NCBI GenBank assembly: GCA_034678725.1
Contig: JAXDBM010000093.1
Coordinates: 6,798 to 70,797, forward strand
From: Syntrophales bacterium
GTDB taxonomy: Bacteria > Desulfobacterota > Syntrophia > Syntrophales > Fen-1087
DNA: 64,000 bases
Reading direction: 5' to 3'
Numbering within the stretch: the first letter of the stretch is position 1; each line of letters begins with the position of its first letter. The position numbers and the translations under genes are program-made. The notes under the pieces were generated by a model. That model had not been told where the DNA came from. It did not search any database and worked only from the letters and a program-made list of their open reading frames with translations. Of the stretch, positions 26,790-37,316 are shown piece after piece.

Positions 26790-27830
26790 CTATGGAAAGA
26801 GGGATCGTCTTGTCAATCCCACGCTCTCACCGAAGCCGCAAATGAGATTCATGTTCTGGATGGCCTGACCGGCTGCGCCCTTGATCAGGTTGTCGATAAC
26901 CGACAGGATAATGATCCGGTTGGTCCGCCGGTCCACCGCCAGGCCGATGTCACAACAGTTTGAACCCCGCACGGAGGAAAGGTTGGGAAACACCCCGGGT
27001 TTGCAGATCCGGACAAATGGCTCCTTCCCGTAAAACTCCTGATAACGGGCCGTCAGTTCCGCTGCTGCGACATCCCGCGTCAGGGATGCATAGATGGTGC
27101 TCAGAATCCCCCGGTTCAGCGGCAGCAGGTGCGGCGTAAAGGATATCTTTACATCATGCCCCGCCAGCCGGCCCAGTTCCTGCTCCATTTCGGGAATGTG
27201 TCGATGTTGCCCCCCGACTTTATAGGCCTTGAATCCCTCATTGACTTCGCAGAAAAGCGATCCGACCAGTGGTTCACGCCCGGCGCCGGTCACTCCGGAT
27301 TTCGAGTCGACAATCAGGGATGATCGATCGATCCAATCCGTCTTCAGGAGCGGGGCGAGGGCAAGGATGACACTGGTCGGATAGCAACCGGGGTTGGCGA
27401 CGATTCTGGCCTTCCGGATCTCTGTTCGATGAAGCTCCGGCAAACCGTATACGGCCTCGGCCAGCAGCTCCGGCGCCGCATGGGCGCCGTACCATTGCCC
27501 GTAACAGACGGCATCCCGAAGCCGAAAATCGGCGCTCAGATCGACCACCTTTTTGCCCGCCTTTAAAAATACGGGGGCGACGGTCATGGAAATCCCGTGG
27601 GGCAAAGCCAGGAAGATGACATCGGCGAGACGAGCCACGTCATCCGGAGAGGCATCCATAAAAGTGAGATCTGTCAATTCCGTAAAGGCGGGGTATACGT
27701 CCGCCACTGCGATTCCCGAATATCGGCGCGATGTGATCGCGACGACATTCGATTCCGGATGGGCAAGCAGATGCCTCAAGAGTTCCTGTCCGGTATATCC
27801 GCTCGCCCCATAAATCCCGACTCGAACCAT
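26790..27830 (-). CDS. argC: N-acetyl-gamma-glutamyl-phosphate reductase
   Basis: 346 aa, MVRVGIYGASGYTGQELLRHL...ANPGCYPTS (active-site Cys). Confidence 0.95.
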   Translation of the reverse strand: MVRVGIYGASGYTGQELLRHLLAHPESNVVAITSRRYSGIAVADVYPAFTELTDLTFMDASPDDVARLADVIFLALPHGISMTVAPVFLKAGKKVVDLSADFRLRDAVCYGQWYGAHAAPELLAEAVYGLPELHRTEIRKARIVANPGCYPTSVILALAPLLKTDWIDRSSLIVDSKSGVTGAGREPLVGSLFCEVNEGFKAYKVGGQHRHIPEMEQELGRLAGHDVKISFTPHLLPLNRGILSTIYASLTRDVAAAELTARYQEFYGKEPFVRICKPGVFPNLSSVRGSNCCDIGLAVDRRTNRIIILSVIDNLIKGAAGQAIQNMNLICGFGESVGLTRRSLFP

Positions 27831-27892
27831 CGCGGGTTGCTCCTTCGAAGCGGGTCAGGCATCCGCCTGCCCGAAATAAACTATACGAACAT

Positions 27893-27918
27893 AAAAAAAG
27901 GGAGGCTTCAAGCCCCCC
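27893..27918 (-). terminator. Rho-independent terminator after rpsI
   Basis: The minus strand reads GGGGGGC-ttgaa-GCCTCCC (one G-U pair) followed by TTTTTTTT, 9 nt after the rpsI stop. Confidence 0.7.
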
Positions 27919-27926
27919 TTCCGACA

Positions 27927-28319
27927 TTACCGTTTTGAGAACTGGAACCGCTTTCTCGCTCCGGGCTGGCCATACTTTTTTCTTTCCTTGATTCGGGAGT
28001 CGCGGGTCAGGAAACCCGCTTTTTTCAGGGCGGATCGCATGGCCTGATCATACTCGACAAGAACCTTGGAAATGCCGTGTTTAACGGCTCCCGCCTGACC
28101 GGCCATCCCGCCACCGCTGACATTGACAAAGAAGTCGAATTTGCCTTTCTTCCCGACCAGTTCAAGGGGCTGCTGAATCAGCATTTTCAGGCTGTCCCGG
28201 GTGAAATAGTCGTCGAAATTCCTCTTGTTGACGCTTAGAAGACCCGTCCCCTCTTTCATATATATCCTGGCGATGGCGCATTTCCTTTTCCCCGTTGCAT
28301 AGTAACGCTTGTCCGTCAT
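27927..28319 (-). CDS. rpsI: 30S ribosomal protein S9
   Basis: [24 protein letters not shown]...[10 protein letters not shown]. The track ORF is trimmed to ATG 28319. Confidence 0.96.
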   Translation of the reverse strand: MTDKRYYATGKRKCAIARIYMKEGTGLLSVNKRNFDDYFTRDSLKMLIQQPLELVGKKGKFDFFVNVSGGGMAGQAGAVKHGISKVLVEYDQAMRSALKKAGFLTRDSRIKERKKYGQPGARKRFQFSKR

Positions 28320-28384
28320 ATCGCTCTCCAAATCGTCATCAATTTTCTGAATCCCATTGTTGCCCGTTATTCCGTCCGGGCAGG

Positions 28385-28813
28385 TTAAACACTCAGGACA
28401 CGCGGGCACTGTGCCTCGTGACCATGTTCACTTCCGGAATAAATTTTCAGCTTCTTGAGCATGGCCCGACCGAGCGAATTTTTCGGAAGCATCCCCTTGA
28501 CGGCGAGACGGAGAACTTCCCCGGGTTTCTCCTGAAGCATTTTTCCAGCCGACGTTTGCTTTAACCCGCCCGGATAACCGGAATGTCGATAATAGGCCTT
28601 GTCCGTTAATTTGTTGCCGGTGAGCCTCACTTTTCCGGCGTTGACCACGATAATAAAATCCCCGGTATCCACATGCGGTGTGTAGACGGGCTTGTGTTTG
28701 CCACGCAGTCGCCTCGCGATTTCGCTGGCAAGCCTTCCCAGAATTTTCCCTTCTGCATCGACCACATACCAATCCCTGGTTACGTTTTCCTTCGTCGCGC
28801 TGAATGTTTTCAT
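28385..28813 (-). CDS. rplM: 50S ribosomal protein L13
   Basis: 142 aa, [42 protein letters not shown]. Confidence 0.97.
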   Translation of the reverse strand: MKTFSATKENVTRDWYVVDAEGKILGRLASEIARRLRGKHKPVYTPHVDTGDFIIVVNAGKVRLTGNKLTDKAYYRHSGYPGGLKQTSAGKMLQEKPGEVLRLAVKGMLPKNSLGRAMLKKLKIYSGSEHGHEAQCPRVLSV

Positions 28814-28847
28814 ACCCCACCAAAACTCTTTAAAATTAAAATATTAA

Positions 28848-28874
28848 ACTATAGAATTTCGATACATTTGTCAA
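28848..28874 (-). promoter_or_regulatory. Candidate sigma70-type promoter for rplM-rpsI
   Basis: The minus strand reads TTGACA (28874-28869), then TATAGT at a 15-nt spacing or TAGTTT at a 17-nt spacing, in an AT-rich stretch. The spacing is ambiguous. Confidence 0.35.
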
Positions 28875-28973
28875 GGAAAAATCCTATCCACCAATAATCG
28901 ATGTCGCGTCCTGTCAAGGCACCGCGCCTGGAGTATCAACCATTTCCCCCGAACACGCAAAATCGCCCCAAGC

Positions 28974-31217
28974 TTAACGGTTCCCCAAACTTCCCAGGCC
29001 ATAGAGGGAGAGAACAACCATGAACGTTTTGTCAAACTGATCTTTGTCTATTGCACCCAGCGTGTCCGCTTTGATCTTTTCGGAATAGTAAACCCCGACG
29101 TTCCAGCATTGTTTATGATAATTGATGCCATAGGTCGTCTCCACATCCCTGCCGTTGAGCTGATCCCTTCGATGGGAATAGAAAAGATCCGTCGTTTTGG
29201 TGACGACTGCTTTGAGAGAAAGGTTGCGCTCTTCAATGGCGTTCTGGGTGTAACGATAGGCAAATGTCGCTGCGTCGCCGCGGCTGTCGCTGAGGACCAG
29301 GTCATAGTTGCTCTGGATCCAGGCGGAGTCATAGATGTTGTATTCGTTCCGAGCAATCAGGGAAAGGTATTGAGAGGGGTTGAAATCCGTCTCGACCCAA
29401 ACATTGCTGAACGGTCTCTTCTCGATTCCCGATTCGGCCTCATCCCTTGACGCTTCCTTGAGATCATAGACTTGCGCCAGTTTGAACCTCAGGAATTCCC
29501 GGTAACTGGACTTTCCTTCCCGGTCTTTCATCTTGGCGATGAAGCTGTTGGTCAGCGAATAGGTGACCGTACTCTGCTCTCCGATGCGGCTCACAAAGTC
29601 GGGAACGTCATTCTGGTACACATTGGGAACATAGGTATAGGTGACTTCCGGAACGATTGCATGACGGATTTTTTGCAGGGTTTGACCCCCCAAGTCAAAT
29701 ACCCTGGAGATTTCCGTCCGCAAATTCGCCGCTGTGTTGTAAACGCTCCGGCTTCCCTGCTTGTCCGTCGGTGCAGCAGAATCATGATCCAGTTGCCAGA
29801 CCGTCTCGACCAGGCCAAAATAAGGCGTCAACTGACCATAGCCCCACAAGTCCAGCGGAAGGGACAGATAGGGCTTGAAATCGAAAAGGTGCCCCCTCTG
29901 TCCGACCGTTCGATAGTAGTAGCCGTATAATGACGAAAATTCCAGATTCAGCGGCGTATCGAAAAGCGGGCGTTTCGTTCCGGTAAAAGTGACTTCGGGA
30001 TAGGACTGCAATGTCGCGTCATTCGTTACGGTGGCAAAATTATCCGTGTAGCTTCCCAGAATCGTCAGGTTGTACAGGGGCCAACTCTTGACCAGGCGGG
30101 CGGTAGACGGCAGGGAAGAGAGCGATTCGTCGGCCTGGAAGGGCACTTTCTTGAACCGATGGATGTCCGTTGTCGAATAATTGTCGCGGTAGTAATTGTG
30201 TGTCGCAAAATCCCTGAAGTACCACTTGTCCGATACCTTGCGGATGTCCGTCCGGAAATAGAATGTGGGATCGAAGTTGGTCTGATGGTTCAGGTAGAAG
30301 GACCAGCGTTTCTGGTCCGTTTCCCAGTCTCTCGAAATGCCACCTACCGTCTCGTTGACCCGGATCTCATCATTCAGGTAGTCTCCATAGATAGTGCCGA
30401 AGGTGTCTTTGCTGGGAAAATAGCGCAGTTCAATCCCTTCCTTGAAGCCCCGCTCCTCCATGTACCGCTGATAGAAGGTGGCATCCACACTGTCCGAGAC
30501 GGCCCAGAAGAAGGGAAGTTCAACATCCCATCCATTTTGATCGGAATGTGCAACATAAGGTAGCAGGAACCCGGACTGTCTCTTTTTCTTGGCCGGGAAA
30601 ATGAGATAGGGCATGTACAGGACCGGAACCCCATTGGTCAGAAATCTCATGTGCTTCAGTGTACCATAGCCTTCCACGGTCACGTCCAGTTCGTTTCCGG
30701 CCAGTTGCCAGTCCGGCTTGTCCCCGTCACAGGATGTCGCTGTGGCTCCCTCGATGTGATAGGTCGCTTCACCGGTTTTCTCGATCTTGTCCCCGGAAAT
30801 ATAGAAATGATTCTGGGCAAAGAAGACCTTTCCCTGATAGGCGACCCCTGTCTTGCTCTCAATATTAAAATCCACACGGTCGCCCCTCAGTACGTCATTT
30901 TTGCTTTTCAGAATTACATTCCCTGTGGCGAGCGCTTCATTTTTCGTCTTGTTGAAGAATACATCCTCCGCCGTCAGGACACCGCCGTCATAGGTTATGA
31001 CAACCTGTCCCCGTGCATGGTAGGTGTCGGTTTCGGAATCATAGGTGATGTTTTCCGATTCGATGGTCACAGGTCCCTTGGAAGTTTCACCCGGCGCCGG
31101 CGCCGCGGCAGTGGACTTTGCAGCCGGAATTTCCGGCGGTGCGGCGCAGGCGACCTCCGGCAGAAGGAACCAGAGCAGGAGAGGCAGCAGGCACTGGCTT
31201 AAAATTTTCCTTCGCAT
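28974..31217 (-). CDS. lptD: LPS-assembly outer membrane protein LptD (OstA family)
   Basis: 747 aa. It has a signal peptide (LLPLLLWFLLPEVACA), an OstA-like N-terminal domain and a long beta-rich C-terminus. Confidence 0.85.
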   Translation of the reverse strand: MRRKILSQCLLPLLLWFLLPEVACAAPPEIPAAKSTAAAPAPGETSKGPVTIESENITYDSETDTYHARGQVVITYDGGVLTAEDVFFNKTKNEALATGNVILKSKNDVLRGDRVDFNIESKTGVAYQGKVFFAQNHFYISGDKIEKTGEATYHIEGATATSCDGDKPDWQLAGNELDVTVEGYGTLKHMRFLTNGVPVLYMPYLIFPAKKKRQSGFLLPYVAHSDQNGWDVELPFFWAVSDSVDATFYQRYMEERGFKEGIELRYFPSKDTFGTIYGDYLNDEIRVNETVGGISRDWETDQKRWSFYLNHQTNFDPTFYFRTDIRKVSDKWYFRDFATHNYYRDNYSTTDIHRFKKVPFQADESLSSLPSTARLVKSWPLYNLTILGSYTDNFATVTNDATLQSYPEVTFTGTKRPLFDTPLNLEFSSLYGYYYRTVGQRGHLFDFKPYLSLPLDLWGYGQLTPYFGLVETVWQLDHDSAAPTDKQGSRSVYNTAANLRTEISRVFDLGGQTLQKIRHAIVPEVTYTYVPNVYQNDVPDFVSRIGEQSTVTYSLTNSFIAKMKDREGKSSYREFLRFKLAQVYDLKEASRDEAESGIEKRPFSNVWVETDFNPSQYLSLIARNEYNIYDSAWIQSNYDLVLSDSRGDAATFAYRYTQNAIEERNLSLKAVVTKTTDLFYSHRRDQLNGRDVETTYGINYHKQCWNVGVYYSEKIKADTLGAIDKDQFDKTFMVVLSLYGLGSLGNR

Positions 31218-32488
31218 TGTTTCTCTCGATGGATTTTGCGATACGCGTTCTTGATTTCACCAATCAGATAGATGGAACCGGTAACGCAGATGAGATCGTC
31301 CGGACCGGCTTCCGCCAGCGCCCGATACAGGGCTGCCAACGGTTTCTCGGCGACTACGACGTCCCTCCAATAGGGTGCCGCCACCTTCGCTACCACTTCG
31401 GGAGGCAGGGCCCTGCCGCTGTCCGGCCTGGTGATGATCAGACGCTGTGCGATCGTGCACAGCTTCTTCAGCATGCTTCTGCAGTCCTTGTCCTCCAGAA
31501 CGCCGAATATGACGAGCAGCCGCTTGCCGGCGAATTGCGCCTTCAGGGTGTTGCACAATGCCGCGACGCCGGGCGGATTGTGCGCCGCATCGATCAGCAC
31601 AAGCGGTCTTTCCTGAAGAATTTCCAGTCTCCCTTCCCAGCGGGTATCTTTCAATCCCTGACCGATGGCGCCTTTTTCGATCCGGTATCCCTTCTCCGAA
31701 AGAAGTGCAACCGTTCCCACGGCCAGTGCGGCGTTATCCAGTTGATGCCTCCCCTGTAAGGGACAAAAAAGATGTTTGTGTATTCTTTGAATGCCGCTGA
31801 AGGAAAAGAAACCCTGTCCCTCACTGCGGACGCTGAAATCCTTTCCCAGTCTGTACAGCTTTGCCCCTTTCCCGCGGCAGGATTCTTCAAACAGTCGGAC
31901 CAGATTTCGCTGCCGAACTCCGGTCACACAGGGGACTCCCGGCTTCACGATGCCGATTTTCTCCCGTGCAATGTCTTTCAGTTGCGGCCCCAGGTAATTT
32001 TGGTGATCCCTGCCGATATTGGAGATGACACAGACGACCGGATCGGCCAGATTGGTCGCATCCAGACGCCCTCCCAGACCGACTTCCAGTATGGCCAGGT
32101 CCACCCCTTGCCGGTTAAAATGATGGAAGGCGACCGCCGTGAGAAATTCGAAATAAGTAATTTCACCGGTTACGTGATTCCGGATTGCCTTGATTTCGGC
32201 ATTCATTTCCTCCGATGAAATCATGCGTCCGTCAATGCGGATCCGCTCCCGAACGTCAATCAGATGCGGAGAGGTATAAAGACCCGTTCTGTAACCCGCT
32301 GCCGTCAGAATGGAGGCCGTCATCGCCGCAATCGAACCCTTGCCGTTCGTTCCTCCGATGACAACCGACGCATACCCGGTCTGGGGATCGCGCAATCTAC
32401 GAAGCAGATGGTGCATGCGATCGAGGCCCAAACAGATGCGCGCGCTGTTCAGACTGGCAAGATAGTCCTCTGAGCTGACAGGGTTCAT
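31199..32488 (-). CDS. folC: Bifunctional folylpolyglutamate synthase/dihydrofolate synthase
   Basis: VVIGGTNGKGS P-loop with a Mur-ligase-like layout. Trimmed to ATG 32488 (MNPVSSEDYLASL). The 3' end overlaps the lptD start by 19 nt. Confidence 0.9.
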   Translation of the reverse strand: MNPVSSEDYLASLNSARICLGLDRMHHLLRRLRDPQTGYASVVIGGTNGKGSIAAMTASILTAAGYRTGLYTSPHLIDVRERIRIDGRMISSEEMNAEIKAIRNHVTGEITYFEFLTAVAFHHFNRQGVDLAILEVGLGGRLDATNLADPVVCVISNIGRDHQNYLGPQLKDIAREKIGIVKPGVPCVTGVRQRNLVRLFEESCRGKGAKLYRLGKDFSVRSEGQGFFSFSGIQRIHKHLFCPLQGRHQLDNAALAVGTVALLSEKGYRIEKGAIGQGLKDTRWEGRLEILQERPLVLIDAAHNPPGVAALCNTLKAQFAGKRLLVIFGVLEDKDCRSMLKKLCTIAQRLIITRPDSGRALPPEVVAKVAAPYWRDVVVAEKPLAALYRALAEAGPDDLICVTGSIYLIGEIKNAYRKIHREKQCEGKF

Positions 32489-32636
32489 TCGGTTGCTTTG
32501 ACAAAGAACATCCAGGCACTGGGTGCGGCTAAAAAAAACCACGGGGCGGCTGAACGAATGCATGTCCCATGGAACCACGCTCAACCGGAAGAATTCCCTT
32601 GACGGAAATCCGCCTGATCAATCTGTCCGGCACGAA

Positions 32637-32912
32637 TCAGGGAACCACTTTGAAAACCTCGTCGCCGGGGCGAACGCGGTCTGCCACCTTGATCCCGATA
32701 TAGTCTCCCGCAACGGCTTTTTCAACCTTCTGGTTGTTGACTTCCATGGATTCAATGATCTGGGTTAAATCGGTTGTATGACCGAAGAACTTGAGCGTAT
32801 CGTTGACTAAAACCTCGCCTTCGGTGACTTTAACTGCGGCAACGCTGGGTTTAGCAAAAAATTTGACCACCTCGCCAATCTTAACCTCTGCCATAACGAC
32901 CTCCTTTCCCAC
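32637..32912 (-). CDS. Small protein resembling a translation-factor beta-barrel (EF-Tu domain 2-like); function unknown
   Basis: 91 aa, ...VKIGEVVKFFAKPSVAAVKVTEGEVLVNDTLKF...AVAGDYIGIKVADRVRPGDEVFKV. An AAGGAGG RBS is present. The true start may be the internal MAEVK. Confidence 0.55.
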   Translation of the reverse strand: MGKEVVMAEVKIGEVVKFFAKPSVAAVKVTEGEVLVNDTLKFFGHTTDLTQIIESMEVNNQKVEKAVAGDYIGIKVADRVRPGDEVFKVVP

Positions 32913-32989
32913 AGCTGATCATCACAAACGCGTGCACTCATTACAGACGTTTTTTGAGTATAACTCTTTCAGTGAAAAAAACAAGAAGA

Positions 32990-33022
32990 AATGCGAAAAG
33001 GCAGAGCCGCATGGACTCTGCC
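32990..33022 (-). terminator. Rho-independent terminator after rplQ (end of the alpha operon)
   Basis: The minus strand reads GGCAGAG-tccatgcgg-CTCTGCC followed by TTTTCGCATTTCTTCTTGTTTTTTT. Confidence 0.6.
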
Positions 33023-33068
33023 TCAAATGATTCATGGTGCATGGCCTGACCCCAAAAAGGGTCTGGCT

Positions 33069-33476
33069 TTATTTTTTAGCCGCGGCTGTTTTCTTCTTCA
33101 CCTTCTGTTTTTCCTTGGGAACCAATCCGATCAATTCGATGACGGAAAGCGGCGCATTGTCGCCCGTCCGGTAACCCATTTTAACGATCCTCGTGTATCC
33201 GCCCGCCCGGTCGCGAAAACGGGCGGAAAGATCACTGAAAAGCTTGCCGACCACTTCCGGATCCCTGACAAAAGCGAGCGCCTGTCTTCGCGCATGAAGA
33301 TCTCCCCTTTTGCCCAAAGTAATCATTTTTTCAGCAACCTGTTTCAGTTCCTTGGCCTTGACATCGGTTGTCCGGATCTTTTCATATTTCAAAAAGGAAG
33401 TAACCATATTCCGAAGCATGGCTTTTCTGTGACTTGAGGTCCGGCCCAGCTTACTTCCCGATTTTCCATGACGCAT
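33069..33476 (-). CDS. rplQ: 50S ribosomal protein L17
   Basis: [24 protein letters not shown]. Confidence 0.97.
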   Translation of the reverse strand: MRHGKSGSKLGRTSSHRKAMLRNMVTSFLKYEKIRTTDVKAKELKQVAEKMITLGKRGDLHARRQALAFVRDPEVVGKLFSDLSARFRDRAGGYTRIVKMGYRTGDNAPLSVIELIGLVPKEKQKVKKKTAAAKK

Positions 33477-33543
33477 CGATCATTTCCCCTTCCGATCAAT
33501 AAATAATCTGTTCAATTTCCTCCGATTTTGCCGATCCATCCCC

Positions 33544-34530
33544 TCATTTGTCCTGATTCCAGGGATGAAAATCGAGTTTCATCCCGAAACTCAAATCCAT
33601 TTCCTGTAAGATATCCTTGATCTCATTCAGAGACTTCCGGCCGAAATTCTTCGTCTTCAGCATTTCCGCCTCGGTCTTCTGAACGAGTTCGCCGATCAGA
33701 TTAATGCCAGCATTCTTCAGACAGTTAGCCGACCGGACGGAAAGCTCCAGATCATCGACGTGACGCAACAGGTTGCTGTTCGGAATCCCCTCTTCAGGGA
33801 TCATGGGGGGTTCCGGTTCCTCCTCAACCTCCTTAAAATTAATGAAGATGTCCAACTGATCCTTCAATATTTTGGCGGCATAGGCCAGGGCGTCCTCGGG
33901 ACAGACGCTGCCATCGGTCCAGATTTCCATGATCAGCCTGTCATAATCGGCGATTTGACCCACCCGGGCATGGGTAACCGTGTAGTTGACTTTCTTAATC
34001 GGAGAAAATGCGGCATCGATATTGATCGTGCCTTCAGGCTGGTCGTAATCCCTTTCTTTTTTGGCCGGCACATAACCTTTTCCGATCCTGACAGCCATTT
34101 CCGCCTTCAGGGAATCTTCCCCGGAAAGCGTCGCGATGTAATGATCCGGATTCAGGATTTCAACAGTCCCGTCGCAGATGATATCGCCGGCTGTAATGAT
34201 CCCCGCCTTGGTGGCATTCAGGTGAATCATTCTCGGCCCATCCTGGTGAAGTTTCAGGCGCACCCCCTTCAAGTTCAGAATGATGTCGGTGACATCCTCT
34301 TTGACGCCGGGAACTGTCGAAAACTCATGGAGGACGCCGTCAATCCTGACAGAAACGATCGCAGCACCCTGAATCGAAGACAGCAGGACCCTTCTGAGCG
34401 CGTTCCCGAACGTAATCCCGAATCCCCGCTCCAAAGGCTGAGCACTGAACTCTGCGTAGAAAGGCGTATGCGTCGCCTCGTCAATCTCGATCCGCTTCGG
34501 TCTTATCATACTCCGCCAGTTTCTTTGCAT
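33544..34530 (-). CDS. rpoA: DNA-directed RNA polymerase subunit alpha
   Basis: 328 aa, ...[21 protein letters not shown]...[16 protein letters not shown]. Confidence 0.98.
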   Translation of the reverse strand: MQRNWRSMIRPKRIEIDEATHTPFYAEFSAQPLERGFGITFGNALRRVLLSSIQGAAIVSVRIDGVLHEFSTVPGVKEDVTDIILNLKGVRLKLHQDGPRMIHLNATKAGIITAGDIICDGTVEILNPDHYIATLSGEDSLKAEMAVRIGKGYVPAKKERDYDQPEGTINIDAAFSPIKKVNYTVTHARVGQIADYDRLIMEIWTDGSVCPEDALAYAAKILKDQLDIFINFKEVEEEPEPPMIPEEGIPNSNLLRHVDDLELSVRSANCLKNAGINLIGELVQKTEAEMLKTKNFGRKSLNEIKDILQEMDLSFGMKLDFHPWNQDK

Positions 34531-34588
34531 AATTACAAATTCCTACCCTTCGGGTCAAACTGCAGCGCTTGCAGAATATCGATCCTGA

Positions 34589-35215
34589 TTACTTAGAATA
34601 AAGTTCAACGACCAGCTGTTCCTGTACCGGCATTGTCAGTTCTTCCCTGGTGGGGAGAACCTTTAAAATCCCCCGGTAGTTTTCCTTGTCCAGTTCGAGC
34701 CATTGCGGAATCCCCCGTCTGGCAATCGATTCCATGGCGTCGAGAATCCGCTCGACTTTCCGGCTGCCTTCCCTGACCTGAACTTCATCGCCCACTTGAA
34801 GCTGATAGGAAGGAATGTTGACGGGCTTTCCGCTGACCAGGAAATGATTATGCCGGACCAGTTGCCGTGCCTCGGTCCGGGAATTGGCGAAGCCCATGCG
34901 GAAAACCATGTTATCGAGCCGCCGCTCCAGAAAAAGGAGCAGGTTGGTGCCCGTGATCCCCTTTTGGCGATCCGCTTTTTCAAAATAGCCCCGGAACTGC
35001 TTTTCCATCAGGCCATACATTCTTTTCAGTTTCTGCTTTGCCCGTAACTGAACACCGTAGTCTGAATGTTTCTTGCGCATCTGACCGTGTTCTCCCGGAG
35101 CATAGCCCCGCCGTTCGAAAGCGCACTTCTCGCTGTAACAACGGTCCCCCTTCAGAAACAGCTTGAGGCCTTCCCTTCGACATAACCTGCATGCGGATTC
35201 TCTGTACCTTGCCAA
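34589..35215 (-). CDS. rpsD: 30S ribosomal protein S4
   Basis: [31 protein letters not shown], with four Cys at the N-terminus. Confidence 0.97.
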   Translation of the reverse strand: MARYRESACRLCRREGLKLFLKGDRCYSEKCAFERRGYAPGEHGQMRKKHSDYGVQLRAKQKLKRMYGLMEKQFRGYFEKADRQKGITGTNLLLFLERRLDNMVFRMGFANSRTEARQLVRHNHFLVSGKPVNIPSYQLQVGDEVQVREGSRKVERILDAMESIARRGIPQWLELDKENYRGILKVLPTREELTMPVQEQLVVELYSK

Positions 35216-35286
35216 AAAAACCTCCCTGATTTTGCGTCAATTCTGTATTGGATGCTGAATATCTGAAAACACGGCCTGACGATCTT

Positions 35287-35679
35287 TCAGACCCTTCTTC
35301 GCTTCGGCGGACGGCAACCGTTATGGGGAATGGGAGTCACATCCCGGATCAGGCTGATGTTCAGCCCTGCAAGCTGCAGAGACCGCAAAGCGGACTCACG
35401 ACCGGAACCAGGGCCTTTGACGTAAACTTGAACACTTCGCAGGCCATGCTCCCGGGCTTTTTTCACCGCATCCTCTGCCGCGAGCTGAGCGGCAAAGGGA
35501 GTGCTTTTCCGCGATCCCTTGAACCCCTGCATTCCAGCGGAAGCCCAGGCAATGACATTGCCACTCAAATCCGTAATGGTCACAATTGTATTGTTGAAGG
35601 TCGATTGGATGTGGGCAATCCCTTCGGTAACATTTTTCTTTTCCTTTTTCTTTCCTGTCTTTCTGACTGGCTTTGCCAT
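35287..35679 (-). CDS. rpsK: 30S ribosomal protein S11
   Basis: ...[18 protein letters not shown]...[14 protein letters not shown]. Confidence 0.97.
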   Translation of the reverse strand: MAKPVRKTGKKKEKKNVTEGIAHIQSTFNNTIVTITDLSGNVIAWASAGMQGFKGSRKSTPFAAQLAAEDAVKKAREHGLRSVQVYVKGPGSGRESALRSLQLAGLNISLIRDVTPIPHNGCRPPKRRRV

Positions 35680-35704
35680 TGCTCCTCCGGATTGTTATGC
35701 ACCG

Positions 35705-36073
35705 TTACTTCTTTTTGCCCGCAATGGACCGTCGTGGACCTTTTCTCGTCCGTGCGTTTGTGCTGGTCCTCTGTCCCCTGACCGGAAGGCCTTTTCGATG
35801 CCGCAACCCCCGATAGGTTCCAATGTCCATCAAGCGTTTCAAGGACATGGATACTTCCCGCCGCAAATCACCCTCAACTTTATGTTCCTTGTCGATGATA
35901 TTTCTAATGGAGGTTATTTCCGAATCGGCCAGATTGTCCGTTTTGGTCTCAGGCGGGACACCCGCTTTCTCGAGAATCTCTTTGGCTCTGGATCGCCCGA
36001 TTCCGTAAATATAGGTCAAAGCAATCTCCATTCTTTTGTTCTTCGGTAAATCCACGCCTGCAATTCTTGCCAC
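35705..36073 (-). CDS. rpsM: 30S ribosomal protein S13
   Basis: [26 protein letters not shown]. Confidence 0.97.
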   Translation of the reverse strand: MARIAGVDLPKNKRMEIALTYIYGIGRSRAKEILEKAGVPPETKTDNLADSEITSIRNIIDKEHKVEGDLRREVSMSLKRLMDIGTYRGLRHRKGLPVRGQRTSTNARTRKGPRRSIAGKKK

Positions 36074-36103
36074 CTGCCAACCTCCTGATGATAATTCCCG
36101 CGT

Positions 36104-36217
36104 CTATCCCTGGCGCTGCTTGTGCTTGGGATTTTCACAAATCACGCGCAACACGCCCCGTCGCTTGATGATCTTGCATTTATCGCAGATCTTTTTGACT
36201 GAAGACCTTACTTTCAC
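36104..36217 (-). CDS. rpmJ: 50S ribosomal protein L36 (not in the ORF track; 37 aa, GTG start)
   Basis: Hand translation of the minus strand gives (V/M)[36 protein letters not shown] followed by a stop. It sits between infA and rpsM as expected. Confidence 0.93.
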   Translation of the reverse strand: MKVRSSVKKICDKCKIIKRRGVLRVICENPKHKQRQG

Positions 36218-36294
36218 CTTTCACTCCTTTTCGGCCGTTCGACGGACCTTACTTCCTGATTCGCTGAAAGGACCCTCCACGGCCCGGAACCTTT

Positions 36295-36513
36295 CTATTT
36301 CGTCCTGTAAACAATCCTTCCGCGTGTCAGATCATAAGGGGACAATTCGACCGTTACTTTGTCTCCCGGGAGAATTTTGATAAAGTGCATCCGCATCTTA
36401 CCGGAAATGTGTGCAAGAACACGATGTCCGTTTTCCAACTCAACGCGGAACATGGCATTGGGCAACGGTTCAATGACGCGCCCCTCAACTTCTATCGGTT
36501 CTTCTTTCGCCAT
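36295..36513 (-). CDS. infA: Translation initiation factor IF-1
   Basis: [41 protein letters not shown]. Confidence 0.97.
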   Translation of the reverse strand: MAKEEPIEVEGRVIEPLPNAMFRVELENGHRVLAHISGKMRMHFIKILPGDKVTVELSPYDLTRGRIVYRTK

Positions 36514-36530
36514 AAACGGATCCCGCTCTG

Positions 36531-37283
36531 TTATTGCTTCACGCTCAGGATGACCGGACCCTGTTCCGTGATCGCCACCGTATGCTCATAATGGGCGGAG
36601 AGTTCGCCGTCTTGCGTGACTACCGTCCAGCCATTGTCCAGGACTTTGACCTTGTACGTTCCCGCATTCACCATGGGTTCGATCGCAAGGACCATGCCGC
36701 TTTTCAACTCGATCCCCCTGCCGCCAATGCCATAGTTCGGAACGTGCGGTTCCTCATGGAGGCTCTTTCCGATGCCGTGACCGCCAAAATCCCTGACAAC
36801 GGAAAAGCCGGCAGCCTCCACGCAACGCTGCACACCGGCTGAAATATCGCCCAGGCGATTTCCGGCCCTCGCCTGCCGAATGCCTTCGTAAAGGCTCCGC
36901 TCGGTTACCTGCAAAAGTTTCCCGGCTTCTTCTGAAATGTCGCCGACCGGCACCGTAATCGCGGCATCTCCGCAGTAACCTTTGTACCGGACTCCGAAAT
37001 CGATGCTCAGGATGTCCCCGGATCTCAGCATTCGGTTGGACGGCATGCCATGCACAACCTCCGAGTTAACGGATGTACAGAGGGAAAAAGGATAACCCCG
37101 GTAACCTTTGAAGGCTGGTTTGGCCCCCTTTTTCCTGGCTAAATCCTCGGAGTACTGATCCAGATCCAGGGTTGTGACACCCGGCTTTGTCTTCTCCTTC
37201 AGCGCTGTGAGAATTTCGGCAACAATGCTGTTGCTGGCTCTCATCTTTTCTATTTCATCCGGTCGTTTCAGGATGACCATCAT
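36531..37283 (-). CDS. map: Type I methionine aminopeptidase
   Basis: 250 aa, ...VVHGMP...[14 protein letters not shown]...GHGIG...EPMV. Confidence 0.95.
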   Translation of the reverse strand: MMVILKRPDEIEKMRASNSIVAEILTALKEKTKPGVTTLDLDQYSEDLARKKGAKPAFKGYRGYPFSLCTSVNSEVVHGMPSNRMLRSGDILSIDFGVRYKGYCGDAAITVPVGDISEEAGKLLQVTERSLYEGIRQARAGNRLGDISAGVQRCVEAAGFSVVRDFGGHGIGKSLHEEPHVPNYGIGGRGIELKSGMVLAIEPMVNAGTYKVKVLDNGWTVVTQDGELSAHYEHTVAITEQGPVILSVKQ

Positions 37284-37316
37284 GCTGAGCCCGTCTCTGT
37301 GAATCTGCCCGCTCCG

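Noticed and set aside
33043-33077. A hairpin (GCC-GACCC...GGGTC-GGC) followed by a plus-strand T-run that overlaps the rplQ stop codon; it could mark a plus-strand sRNA terminator
   Set aside because: The stem is imperfect, with an A-A mismatch. No plus-strand gene or promoter is evident upstream. The T-run is simply the complement of the Lys-rich (AAA/AAG) C-terminus of L17.
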